A stretch of 64,000 nucleotides of DNA from positions 54,825,913-54,889,912 of the forward strand of contig NC_068981.1 in NCBI RefSeq assembly GCF_001194135.2, in the 5' to 3' direction. The notes beneath the pieces were generated by a model that was not told where the DNA came from, made no database searches, and saw only the letters and a program-made list of their open reading frames with translations. The translations under genes and the position numbers were made by a program. Positions 1 through 13,300 of this stretch are shown here, piece by piece. How positions within the stretch are numbered: the first letter of the stretch is position 1; each line of letters opens with the position of its first letter. Origin of the DNA: Octopus bimaculoides (taxonomy: Eukaryota).

Positions 1-350
1 TGCTTCTCAACCATATAGTCTTGAGTTCAGTCCTACTTAATGGTACCTTGGGCAATGTCTTTTGTTGCCTAGGGCCAACCAAGTCCTTGAGAAAGCATTT
101 TGTAGATGGAAACTAAAAGAAGCCTGTCATATGTGTGTGTGTGTATGAATTTATGCGTACTTTCTTGACATGGTTATAGACAAGCATAACTGTTATACAA
201 GTGATGTTGTTCACTTCCAGTCTTCTGTGAAAAACATGCCTGGCCATGAGGAAATATTACCTTGCTTGGAAAGAGGCGAGCATTGATGACAGGAAGTGCA
301 ACAGGTCATAGAAAATCTGCGTCAACAAATCCCTCCTGACCCATGCAAGC
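1..350 (+). mobile_element. CORE-type tRNA-derived SINE (family B) with (TG)n spacer and RTE-like 3' tail; cut by the window edge
   Basis: B-box-like gagttcagtcc, CORE-like accttgggcaa, (TG)n, then aggaagtgcaacag...acccatgcaagc, shared with the RTE 3' ends in this window. Confidence 0.75.
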
Positions 351-2967
351 TTCTATATATCACCAGTTTAGGAACCGTCAGTTTTGCATCTATTGTTACA
401 CCACAGTGTATATAAACCCTAAACTTCTCATACAACTCTCCTTTCAGTTTCACTGATGAAGGCATCACGTGTCCATATATTTTTATGATGTTTGTTTGAA
501 AACACAGTAGTGCCCGGGAATAATATAGAATATATAATTTTTATAGAATACTTGTAGAGATAACTTTAACAAGTAATATATCAAGCATTTATTCTATTAT
601 GTAGCATGATAATATTTCAAGTGTCTCTTTATTTTAGCTATTCTTATATTATTGTTCTGTACCTGACTTTTTCCACTTTTATTGAGCACTCTGCTAATCA
701 CTTTGAACAAAAGAAATATTTTCATTATAAACGCAGTATATTTATACTTATAATCTCTAGGTATAAATATATATTGCAGCTCATTTAAGGTTAATTTCAG
801 TGAATTAAGCATTGTTATAAAGTGTGTTACAAAGCAAATCAAGTGTTTTTGCGATTCATATCTTGCTGTTTCCATATATTATCATATATTATCAATTCTG
901 CTTAATGCTTTGCAGTTCTGTTGATGATAGCATCATGTCTCTGTGGATTTCTTTGAATGTCTGACTGCTAGAAGCATAGTTGTGTCCACTGGAGATATAG
1001 AATATATGTATTTATTTCTTGTAATTTCATTATGTTTGCAAGTGTCTCTTTTTTTTGAAGCTGTATTTATATATTATACTACTGCTCTAAACCTGATCCC
1101 CCCCCCCCCGTTTTCACTTTAGTTGAGTATTCTATTCATCACTTTATATAAAAGATATTTTCATTAAAATTGCAAAAGTTCTTATGTTTATAATTACTTT
1201 ACATTTTTGTGAGTGAGTGTGTGTTTGTCATTGTATCCGTTATCTATATAAGTTAGTATTTATATCTGCATGTGTGTGTGTTTGAATGCCTATATTATTG
1301 CATTTATATCTAGGTGTTTGTGTATGTGTTTATCATATAGAAATATGAAGGAGAGAGTAAAAGGAAGTGAATGTAAATATAATTGAAATATCTCGAGAAA
1401 GAGAGAAACAGAGAACTGTTGAGTTATTTTGTAATGTGTTATTCCTGTTTCTTGTCCTACAGTAGAAACTATTTATATTTTTAGATTCTGCCAAAGTTGT
1501 GAGTTGAAATATTGAAACAATTCTTTAAGCTTCCAAATCACTGTTGTTAATCCTCAGATTAAACTTAAAGGGCAACCTTTTATTTTCATTAAAGTTTATT
1601 TCTTCCTTTTGCTCTGTTGCTTCTTATTCAAGATCACCTAAAATGAACTTCATAAATTCAAGGGAAACCCTTTGCTATTTCTCATTTCTTTTTATGTTAC
1701 ATCACAAAGTAAGGGATTGAACCTTGTAGAGAAGGATTTAAAGACTGTTTATTTTAAAGGTCATGGGATTAGCTAAAGGCAGTGCAGAGAGAATAAGTAT
1801 TTCTCATGTTAGCATGAGGTATTGAGTTTTGAAAAGCAACATTGGAAATTATTAGGTATGTTCTTTTCCCAAGGGCATCAAGAACTTAAGAAACTGGAAG
1901 GAAAAAAGCATCAGAAATTCTGTTCCTTGAGAGCTTTGATCTTTCAACAAAAAGTGTGTGTGTGTGTCCTTAATTTTTTTTTCAGATATTTTTCTGAAGA
2001 TTGGCTTTTAAGAATTACTAAAACATAAACTTTTTTCTGTCTGCCTCTTTCTTTGTGTGTGTGTGTGTGTGTGCACATGTGTGCACACACACACACACAC
2101 ACACAAATACATAAATGCATTTATGTTTGTCATACATCACACACCCATGTGTGTGCATTTTTGTAGTAGATTTCGTAATAGAAAGGCCTATAATAATTGT
2201 GAAACTTTGATAAAAACCTCCATAAAGTTAGCTAAGTTGAGTAATTCTAATGAATCAATGCCTTGACTTTATATAATTCAGGTAGGAAGTGATGTACTGG
2301 ATGACATATACAAAATTTCTAAAAGGATTAAAATTTGTCTCTTAGTTAGAGAGAGAAAACAGTAACCTAACAGCAAATGTTAGAAATTCCTAAAGAAAAG
2401 AGGAAATGATTTTAAGAAATGAAGAATTAATCTCTTAGAGAGTTGAATTTTCATGCTTATAGTGGAAAAATCAGTTTTTTTTTTTATCAGGTAAGGGGAT
2501 AACTATGGGCATGTTTCAGTATTATGAGACCTCAGTAGCAAAGCATAGTCATCTGAAACATGATTTTTCAGATATTTTTCTCTTAAGTTTTCGGTTTTCT
2601 GAGAAATTGATTCTTGTGTTCTTAAACCCTTTTGGTGAGAAATGTTTCCACTAGCTTTTGTTTTCTATCTCCCACTCAGGAGGCAACTTTCATCCTTTAC
2701 ATCATCTACTTGAATGTGAGAAAATCTTGATTAGTTTTAAAATGCTTTGAAATAACTCCAGGCAAAATTGCTATGAATGAAACTGGTTTTTCTTCTTCTT
2801 ATCATTATTATTTCATACTTCCTAAGTCTGGCTTTGGGTAAAAAGTATAATCTGCAAAATAATAAGGGAGGATTATAACTGATTGAATTAATTAAGCTTC
2901 AGTTCATTATTGATACTTGTCCCTTAATAAAATGTGATGTCAATCCAGCATGATGATAATAATGATA

Positions 2968-3221
2968 ATCCTTTCTACTATAGGCACAAGGCCTGAAATT
3001 AGGGGGAGGGGTAAGTCGATTACATCGACTCCAGTACTCAACTGGTACTTATTTTATTGACCCTGAAAGGAGGAAAGGTGAAGTCAACCTTGATGAAATT
3101 TGAACTCAGAACATGCAGATGGACAAAATGCCACTCAGCATTTTGCCCAGCGTGGTAATGCTTCTGCCAGCTTGCCACCTTAATAATAATAATAATAATG
3201 ATAATAATAATAATAATAATG

Positions 3222-3269
<48 letters not shown>

Positions 3270-4561
3270 GTTTCAAAGTTTGGTACAAGGCCAGCAAGTT
3301 CAGGGGAGTGATTAAGTCAATTACATTGACCCCAGTGTTCAATTGATCTTAATTTTATCAATCCCAAAAGGCAAAATTTGAACTTAGAATGAATGTAAAG
3401 ATAGCTGAAATACCACTAAGCATTTTGCCCAGCATGCTAATGATTCTGCCAGCTCACTGCCTTAACAATAATAATCCTTTCTACTGGAAGCACAAGGCTT
3501 CAAATTTTGGGGAAAGGATTAAGTCAATTACATCGACCCCAGTGTTTAACTGGTACTTATTTAATCGACCCTGAAAGAATGAAAGGTAAAGTTGACCTTG
3601 GTGGAATATGAACTCAGAACATAGCAACAGACAAAATACCGCTAAGCATTTTGCCTAGCAACTCGCCACTTTAATGATAATAATAATAATTTCAATTTTT
3701 TGCCACAAGGACAGCTTGGGGAAATGGGGATGAGTCAATTACATTGACCCCAGTGTTCAGTTGATACTTATTTTATCGACTCCAAAAGGATGAAAGGCAA
3801 AGTTGATCTCAGTGGAATTTGAACTCAGGACATAGTGGCAGACAGAATACTGCTAAGCATTTTGCTCGGTGTGCTAATGATTCTGTCAGCTCACCACCTT
3901 AATAATAATAATAATAATAATAATAGTAATAATCATGATGATGATGATGATCCCTTTTGTTTTAGGCACAAAGCCTGAAATTTGGGGGAGGGGGATAGTC
4001 GATTTCATCGACCCCAGTACTCAACTGGTACTTAGTTTATCAACCTTGAAAGAATGAAAGGCAAAGTTGCCCTTGGTGGAATTTGAACTCAGAACATGAC
4101 AGCAGACGGAATATCACTAAGCATTTTGACTGGCATGCTAACAATTCTGCCAGCTTGCCACCTTAATAATCATAATAAAAATAATCCTTTCTGTTTTAGG
4201 CACAAAGCCTGAAATTTGGAGGAGGGGGATAGTCAATTTCATCGACCCCACTACTCAAATGTTACTTAGTTTATTGACCCCGAAAGAATGAAAGGCAAAG
4301 TTAACCTTGGTGGAATTTGAACTCAGAACGTAGCGGCAGACAAACAAATAAGAATCCTTTCTACTGGCCTGAAATTTTGGGGAAGGGATTAAGTCGATTA
4401 CTTTGACCCCAGTGCATAACTGGTACTTATTTAATCAACCCTGAAAGGAGGAAAGGCAAAGTCGACCTTGGCAGAATTTGAACTCAGAACGTAGTGACGG
4501 GCGAACTACCGCTAAGTATTCCATTCAATGTACTAATGACTTTGCCAGCTCACTGCTTTAA
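2968..4561 (-). mobile_element. Head-to-tail array of seven SINE family A copies (Deu/Nin-domain-like) separated by (AAT)n
   Basis: Seven repeats of about 160-215 bp, each with (minus strand) ggtggcgagctggcagaa...gagttcaaattcc...gtcgactttgcctttcatcctttc...gataaaataagtaccag...agaaaggat(tat)n. The Deu/Nin resemblance is from memory. Confidence 0.9.
3182..3268. repeat. (AAT)n microsatellite
   Basis: Read directly from the sequence. Confidence 0.95.
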
Positions 4562-4598
4562 TACTACTACTACTACTACTACTAATAATAATAATAAT

Positions 4599-4935
4599 GG
4601 TGCTGATTCTGCCTGCCACTGTTGTGGTACAACCAGAGAAACAATTGACCTCCTAATCTCTGGATGTTCTACATTAGCCTCAAATGAATATATTACTCAC
4701 CATTATAGATTTGGTCAGCATTTGCACTGGATCATAAGCCATTAGTCTGGACTCCCATACAAAGTAAAAATGGTGGGGACATAAGCCTACCAAATTAGTT
4801 GAAAATTACAATTCTTTGGGACTTATGTATCCAAGCTGGTTATGCTATACAAGCCAATAGATCAGATTTGTGGTAAAAAATTACATCGACAAAAGATGTC
4901 TGTGCATAGATTGCCTAAATCTACAATGTATATTA
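4599..4935 (+). mobile_element. R4/Dong-like restriction-endonuclease-type non-LTR retrotransposon relic (CCHC knuckle plus RLE)
   Basis: Translates to CHCCGTTRETIDLLISGCSTLASNEYITHHYRFGQHLHWII, then degenerate ILWD...QANRSD, with stops and frameshifts. Confidence 0.7.
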
Positions 4936-5607
4936 AGTTTGTACTGGAGAACAATATATTGTTTCCAGTGTGTACTGATGTGTTTTGACGAGAGTTTTTT
5001 TTCAAGCAACATACAATGTCTGTATTTCATGAGGATATAAATGAATGACGTATGTATGTAGAATATCTGGAACCATTAGAGCAGCTGTGTCCATAAGTAG
5101 ATGTTACAAGGAGTATGTGGTGATATATACAACACAAAAGTATTAAAAACATTGAGTTGCAACACATCAACTATAATAATTCATAGGCATAGAAAGTCTA
5201 GCTCAAACTATGACAGAACAAACATGAGAAAATTATGATTATTTATGACTTGTTGTAAGGCACACATAATGTCATGTTTATATAATGTCTAAAAATAAGC
5301 ATACTAAACTTTCACTACAATTTTGTAACCATGATGACCCAACTCTGTCGATTCAAACAGAAATTTTATTTCTTTCCTTCCCATTCACTTATATTTTCTC
5401 TTGATCATTGTTTTCTACTTTCATGATTTACTTGATGTGATATATAGTGTGCTCTGTATTATGTAGTGTTTGTTAAATGGTTGTTTTAGTGTTGTGGTAT
5501 GATTTATGATTAGCAAATTCTCATGAGGCCTGCTGCAAGAAAAATGTTACTCATCTCCTACTTAGAAAATACAAAGTATTGTATCTATTATGGTTATCTA
5601 TCTGCAG

Positions 5608-5922
5608 CAGAGGTTCTCAAACTTTTTTGGTCACTGCCCCTCTCATGGCCACATAATACCCTCAGTGCCCCTACCGCTATTTTTATGTATAAATAAATAT
5701 TTTATATTTCACTTATATATACTATGAATCATTTGATATTTAATATAATATTATATAATTTGTGTACAATACTATAATAATATTATAATAAATTCATAGT
5801 GTCCCCCAATTCACTGCCTTCCTCCCAATACCTCCTTTTTCTCTACCGCCCCCTTAGGCACCAGCGCCCACCTGGACTGGCTCAATGGTGGGGGGTGGTA
5901 GTGCTCACTTTGAGAATCTATG
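5608..5922. mobile_element. hAT-type MITE, 315 bp, with 8-bp target-site duplication
   Basis: TIRs CAGAGGTTCTCAAA and TTTGAGAATCTATG (12/14 match). ATCTGCAG is duplicated at 5600-5607 and 5923-5930. Confidence 0.85.
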
Positions 5923-6217
5923 ATCTGCAGTATCATTAAAATGATAGTGAAGTAGTTTAATACTATTTTTATATGTTTAAGATTGTCCTTTTGTTTTGTC
6001 TCAGTATTGACTAGTTGTACTGTCATGATAATAATAACCTGCGTAAATTCATTCTAATAGTAATTTAGTTTTGTAATACTACTATGGCACACTGATACTC
6101 TGCTACAATGTTTAACATATATTATTACACTTCTAGTTGTTATACTGCTACCACTATTTGCTGTTGCTAAGTGGCTTTATCTTATGTTTTAACTAGTGTA
6201 TTTTATTATGGCTATAT

Positions 6218-6374
6218 AGACAGATGTAGTTGTGTAGTTAAGAAGTTTACTTCTCAACTATTTGGCTTTGGGTTCAATCCCACTGCATTGTACCTTGGGC
6301 AAGTCTTCTGCTACAGCTCTAGACCAATCAATGCCTTGTGAGGGAATTTAGTAGATGGAGCCTGAAAAAAACAC

Positions 6375-6435
<61 letters not shown>

Positions 6436-6730
6436 ACGCACACGTGTGTATATATGTATGAATGTTTACAATCTGTACTGGGCTATTTTTTACAAAATTT
6501 GATATCACAATTCATAGCTGGGGTGCAACCAGTGATGTTTGTTAACTTTTTATATCAATAAATTATCTTCTGTCTCTGTACTTTTGAATTCTTCTGGATA
6601 CAAAAATCACTTGCTTGACAAACAAGTAAAGGTTGGTGACAGGAAGAACATTCAGCTGTAAAAATTCTGCCTCAAATACCTTCCCTCCACTTAAGCCATG
6701 TCCATATGGAATAAAAGACATTAAATTACT
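6218..6730 (+). mobile_element. SINE family B (CORE head, long (TG)n, RTE-like tail)
   Basis: gtagttgtgtagttaagaag...gggttcaatccc...accttgggcaagtc head, (TG)n at about 6378-6434, and caggaagaacattcagctgtaaaaattctgcc tail. Confidence 0.7.
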
Positions 6731-7929
6731 AATAAGCTGATTGCACTCAGAGGATTGTAAAAATACATTTCTGTCCATATTCATTTTCAGTCTCCATCTT
6801 AAGATTGTTTATGAATTGTATATGTCAGGAAATTATGTGCCCTTAAAATATCATCTTTTACTTATGTTGTCTTGCAAAACATATAAAGGTAGATACCCCT
6901 TTAATGCCACTGTTCTGTTTCTTGTCCGTATTAGTGCACTATGAGTCTGATAACTTCTATTTGTTTCTTTGCTTAAGATCTTTAATTTAATTCTTCATTG
7001 TTGATATAGGTTAGATTCTTGTAGAAATTTGGTTTAAATGAATTATTAGGTCATATATTGCCCATTTTGATGTTAACTATATATCTGTAAGGAAAGAAGT
7101 GGTATCTGTTTTCAACCAGGTAGAATGCCTGCATCCCATGACTACGTCCATAAATCAACTAAATTAATTGACATATAAAATCTATTACTTGGCAATGTTT
7201 GCCTCTAAAGAAATGACAAAAAGAAAGGAAATTCTATAAATGAAGCGCATAGTTTAGAGCAGGAATTGATTTTTAGCCAGAGTTTGTTTTTAAAATGTTT
7301 TATTTACTGTCATACAAATATCCATTTTTCACCAAGTGATACATAATGTTGAAGTATTTCATTTGATTATGTTTAAACATTGGAAATAGTTTTTCATTCA
7401 AACATTTCAGGACATCCAAGCTGTCTTGTTATGGATTTTCAATTATTTTTTTTATAAGAAAAGATGAATGACATGATTGTTTCATCATCATTTTATAATA
7501 TTAGAAATTAAGTTTCTATATACTTCTGCAATATTCTGTCTTTATGTGGCTGTGTTTATATAAAATGATGGTGATGTTACACTAGTTACAAAGTATTATT
7601 TCCATTACAATTTTAATTTGGTTCTCATCACAATGTAGTCAGAATTTATTGTGGATTATCCACTGGACTACTAGCTCCATGTGTTTCAGTTCAAATGCAC
7701 CACAAGTGTTTTGTTGTCTCTCTGGGCTGGGAACTCAGTTCTATATGACTCATTAATAATCTTGTTGTGGAGAATATGTTCCAGAATCTTTGTACAAATT
7801 TTCTAGAGTATATTCTATTGGAGGATATCTATTTCAGGTTGAAATTAAAAATGGAAAATATCAGGCTTTATGGCTGCTTGCACTTTTTTAAATGCATTTT
7901 TATATTATTATCTGTTGTTGCTTTCTGCT

Positions 7930-8770
7930 GAAATATAAATATGCCAAATGCTACAATCTTTTATTATTGGTCATCTAATACCTTATCCTCAAAACTTCCA
8001 AGCTAAGTTGACTGCTTATAATTTACATCCATTTCTCATTTTTGGATATGAAGATTCATGTCAAACTGAATCATTGTACTCTAAGGTTTACTACCTCCTC
8101 CCCCCTGCACTTTTTCTGTTGCACATTAAAGACCTACCTAATAAAACGTCTTGCATACTCTCCTATGAAGATGACATTAACTTTCATTCCTCCTTAACCT
8201 TTGAGAACACCAGCAACATTCAAACACAATCTAGACTCCTCACACTTGACAGATATTGAACTTATGAGCATAGACTTTGAGAACAGCCTGCAATGAGGAT
8301 GACTTGATAAATCCTTTTCAACAGAACAAATATACAATGGCTATACTTTATCAAGAAAGCAGTCTTGTACCTCATCCTTTCTGGTAATGAACAACACACA
8401 ACTAATACCTGCAAAGTCATGTCAAATGTTAGGATTCATATTCTTTGATGATCTTTCAGAGCAATTCCCACATATATAACATTGCCAAAACTGCATTACA
8501 GGGACTTGGGTTTCTCTTTTGTGCCAATAAATACTTTGGCTTCAATCAGATGCTAATATTTCATAAAGTTTAAGAGCCACACTGAAGTATTGCTTACATA
8601 TAGAGAAGAGTGATGCCCTTGGACAAATACAAAAGGCTATCAGATTGATTGCCAAGTCATTAATGTTCTTCATTAGCTCACAGATACTCTCAACTTCTTG
8701 TATCGGTAATAAAATGGTCTATACTCCTCTGAATTAGCCAACTGCATATCTTTTCACTTGTCTTTCTTCT
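7930..8770 (+). mobile_element. Degenerate Jockey/CR1-group LINE reverse-transcriptase fragment
   Basis: PALFLLHIKDL...SYEDD is a decayed P.LF..YINDL...YADD; a later SSELANC-like C-terminal motif is present. Many stops. Confidence 0.55.
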
Positions 8771-9136
8771 TCCTATCACTGTTACTGTGTTTCACTTTCA
8801 AGATTTCACAATCTATACTTCACCCAAACTTTTCTTCCTAGAATTGTCTCACTCTCTGAAATTTTTTCCTCTTTTACATTTTCCCTCGCTTTTATTTAAA
8901 GTGCAATATATATTCAAATACTGGATTATTTTGAAATACTATTACTTAAGTACTCCCAAAATAATCTTCTCCATACACATTTGTAAGTACGTAGCAGCTT
9001 ATAGAAATAATTTTTCAATGAAAACCAGAAGGAAACAAAGGGTGTTTTTTATGGTCTACAAAGTTTCATCATCATCATCATCGTCATCATTATTATTATT
9101 AAATGTTTTAAAAATTATTTCATTTTCTACTTTCAG

Positions 9137-9285
9137 CTGTTCAGCAAGAAAGAAAGCCACCTGATTCTGAGAAGAAAGCTCCTACAGCTATGGCTACTTC
9201 AACTCAGAGAATCTATATTCGCAAAGATCTAAACAGTCCAGCTGCTGCAATTCCCAATTTTTCCAATCGTATATCTGAAATAGAG
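9137..9285 (+). CDS. NR2C2: NR2C exon just after the DNA-binding domain (T-box/hinge): (x)VQQERKPPDSEKKAPTAMATSTQRIYIRKDLNSPAAAIPNFSNRISEIE
   Basis: tttcag acceptor ending 9136 and GT donor at 9286; phase 1 to phase 0. Resembles TR4 VQxERKP...STEKIYIRKDLRSP. Confidence 0.93.
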
Positions 9286-10291
9286 GTAGGGCCATTCTGC
9301 CATATTTCTTATTTTCTTAAATGTTTTTCTCTTTATACATTAAAACTTATATTTTATGGCAAACAATGAAAGATTATGAGCATTGATTTGTTGCTTCGTC
9401 GTAAACATTTTGACACTAATATTTAGGAAAGTCTTATAGGTAAAACCCTGTCAGTGTCATGTTTATATTTCAAATGTGACTGTGCATTTATGGTAAACAC
9501 TTGTGTACTGATGGTGTTGCTGTACTCCATCTCCAAATGCAGGATTTGATTTCTCATCAGGCAGTGAAACAGCTTTGTAGCCCCCACCAAAACCACCTCC
9601 AGTGTGACACCAGAGCTGCCCGCTGACATAGGTCGCAAATCTCCCACACAACATTATGAGCTTTGTTGAGTCAGATGTTACAACTCTGGACCAAGTGTTT
9701 CTATCATACTCAATGTTTGATCGTGCTGCACCGCTCTTCCTCCCTCATGTGCCAGATGTAATGGCTTGCTTTCTTGACAGTTTCTGATAATTTTCTAGCA
9801 ACATTTCTACTCTCCTTTGCTGCTGGTCCAAGGCCTCTGATTCCATCAAATTCTCCAATAAGAAGGCATATTACCTTCTAACCATTGTTCAGCCAACTCA
9901 CTGTATTTTCTGTCTTGCATTAGGAAATTGTTTTTGATGTTCACTAAGCCAATAAGCCTGCATTGTTATTTAAAAGATAAACAGATGTCTTTCCCAAGTG
10001 AGGGATATCTGCCTCATGATGTAGAAGTTGAAGATAATCTCTCACTCTGTGAGGCAAGAGGCAAATGTATTTGAGAAGAGTTTAACTTAAATGGGAAAAA
10101 GCTTCAGGTTTATTAAGTTGATAGCTGAGATGCTGAAAATGTCAGATTAGGATTATATTATACTAGTTAGTTACAACATCATGTCATGTACACAGCTCAC
10201 ATTTCTATTTACTTTCAAACCCATGGATGTCATGTACCTTTTTATCTGAAATTTTCAATGACAACAATTTAGTATTCTATTTGATCCCCCC

Positions 10292-10371
<80 letters not shown>

Positions 10372-13300
10372 CACTGTTGTTTCATTTATCTGTAGTTTCA
10401 TTTATCTGTAGTTTCATTGAATTACTTTTGGTGTCAAAAGTTTTCATCATATAATTTGGAAAAGTTTTTGAAAAACTGTCAAATTTGCTAAGGTTTTAGA
10501 AATTAAAATGTAGATGATTGAAAAGCATGCAAGCGCACACACACATGTACTTTGTTCATATCAAAAAAGTTAAAGGGTGATCTATCTTAAAACAATCATA
10601 TTTATAAAAAGTCAGTTACTCTGTGAAAGATGTAACGATGTTCCCAAGCAACTTTAAAAGTTCTAATTGCTGAGAATTGTGCCTTGGAGCATAGCACAAT
10701 TTCCATTCCTAATTCCAAATTATTTGTTTAGCTGCAGAAAGAGAATTCAGTTATAACATCAGAAATATAAAAAGCAAACTTTTTTCCAGCATGCAAATAT
10801 CTAAATTTTCAAAACTTGTGATACCTATAATAGCATTGGGAATTGACTGGAAAACACATTTTACTATATCTTTCCTATATTATTCTCTATCTTTTCTCTA
10901 CTATTCTTTCAAAGATTGATTTGTTAGTCTCAAATTATTTTTGAGAGCTTTCAAACTATCCTGTTCAAGGTTTTTTCGTGATTAACACCAAACTTTGACA
11001 CAGATTAACCTAGTTTTCCTTGGCATTTATTTTCGTCCTATATTTGTATATTACTAGGCTATCAATCATCTTCCCTTCTTGGTTGGTGTTTTTTCACTCA
11101 TTTCAAATAGATGAATAATGTTAGTTTTCAGAATGTGATAATTACAAGCAACACAATAACAACATTTATCTTGGCATATGCCCCACAGGTAGAACTCTCA
11201 GAAGAACAAAAGGATCATTTCTATGAGATGCTTCTGTAGACTACCTCAGCAATGAGTGACAGCAACCTCATTATCGTAGCTGGTGACTTCAGCAAATATG
11301 TTGGGTGACACCTTGATGCTTCTGTGGTTTACTTGGAGGTTATGGTTCCAGAAATGCTTTTTCTAATACTGATTATTTAACATCTTAATAAAATTTACTA
11401 AAATCCAATTATTCTAATATAACATCATCATCGTTTAATATCCGTTGTCCAGGTTTGCCCTGAAGGTTGTAGGATTAGTAGTCTAGCATTTTTTTAGCCA
11501 GAGGATTTTCAAGTTTTCAGAGTATAAGAAATTCCATTACTTAATCTTTATACTGAATTATTCTCTGTTCAATTATAAGTTAGCTTTGATTGCTCACTTT
11601 AGAGAGACAAAAAACTCAGTATATGAAGTAGAGTTCTATTCATTCATTGTTTGACACTAAAGACTTATTTCATGAAGAACATTTCGGGAACTGAGAACAG
11701 AGATGCAAAAGAATTTAAGTGCATGTGTGTTTGTGTGTGTAGGTAGGTGTCTGTCTTCCTGCTTTCCCAATAATATATAAACTATATATATATTAATTGT
11801 AAACCACTTATGTGATAAGTTGTCAAAGGATGGATCTTGAGCCTACAGTGGATCGTGGAATATGTGCTGGAGTATACTCCTGTGTGACTTTATGTATACA
11901 TTGCATATTTGGTCAATACATGTGAATGTATGCATAACCGGAAGGACAAATCCGTATTTACTTCAGTAAAGTATGTAGTGTTCGTACACTGTGAGTGCAC
12001 AGGTGCACTATCCCCAACTCTACCTTGGTGCCTTTGTTATTTAAATATCTTGATTCCATCAGATCCTGAAAATTTTATATATGTATATATAATAAACACT
12101 GTAAACAAACAGGAAACAACTTCTATCTCATTCCAGGGAGAAAAACTAGAGGTAGTCGATAGCTTCCGCTATCTGGGTGACCAAGTTAGTAGTGGGGGTG
12201 GGTGCGCTGAAAGTGTAGCTGCTAGAATAAGAATAGCCTGGGCAAAGTTTAGAGAGCTCTTACCTCTGCTGGCGACAAAGGGACTCTCACTCAGAGTAAA
12301 AGGCAGACTGTATGATGCATGTGTACGAACAGCCATGCTACATGGCAGTGAAACATGGGCTGTGACTGCTGAGGACATGCGTAAGCTCGCAAGGAATGAA
12401 GCCAGTATGCTCAGCTGGATGTGTAATGTCAATGTGCATACCCGTCAGAGTGTAAGTATCTTGAGAGAAAAGCTGAACATAAGAAGNNNNNNNNNNNNNN
12501 NNNNNNNNNNNNNNNNNNNNNNNNNNNNNNNNNNNNNNNNNNNNNNNNNNNNNNNNNNNNNNNNNNNNNNNNNNNNNNNNNNNNNNNNNNNNNNNNNNNN
12601 NNNNNNNNNNNNNNNNNNNNNNNNNNNNNNNNNNNNNNNNNNNNNNNNNNNNNNNNNNNNNNNNNNNNNNNNNNNNNNNNNNNNNNNNNNNNNNNNNNNN
12701 NNNNNNNNNNNNNNNNNNNNNNNNNNNNNNNNNNNNNNNNNNNNNNNNNNNNNNNNNNNNNNNNNNNNNNNNNNNNNNNNNNNNNNNNNNNNNNNNNNNN
12801 NNNNNNNNNNNNNNNNNNNNNNNNNNNNNNNNNNNNNNNNNNNNNNNNNNNNNNNNNNNNNNNNNNNNNNNNNNNNNNNNNNNNNNNNNNNNNNNNNNNN
12901 NNNNNNNNNNNNNNACCGCCTGACTGGTCTTCGTAGGGTTTTCAAGCGAGATCGTTGCCAGTGCCCCTGGACTGGCTCTTGTGTGTGTGGCACATAAAAG
13001 ACACCATTTCGAGCGTGGCCGTTGCCAGTACCGCCTGACTGGCCTTCATGCGGGTGACACGTAAAAGCACCCACTACACTCTCTGAGTGGTTGGCGTTAG
13101 GAAGGGCATCCAGCTGTAGAAACTCTGCCAAATTAGATTGGAGCCTGGTGTTAACATCCGGTTTCACCAGTCCTCAGTCAAATCGTTCAACCCATGCTAG
13201 CATGGAAAGCGGACGTTAAACGATGATGATGATGATGATGATATTGGTTAGAATTCCTAACTCTTACTAAGGTGGCACAGGTTTGAACTCATTATATAGG

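Noticed and set aside
3106-3346. Poly-Asn/poly-Leu and other HT/CV/YI-repeat ORFs
   Set aside because: These are translations of (AAT)n, (CA)n and (TA)n microsatellites.
1-9136. Search for the NR2C zinc-finger (CxxC...CEGCKGFF) exons
   Set aside because: No such coding sequence was recognised. This stretch is treated as intron and the exons are presumed upstream of the window.
11909-12997. 362-aa ORF, and other long ORFs at 12445-13167, 46913-47536 and 50326-50613
   Set aside because: Their length comes from translating N gaps. The only real coding part is the RTE fragment.
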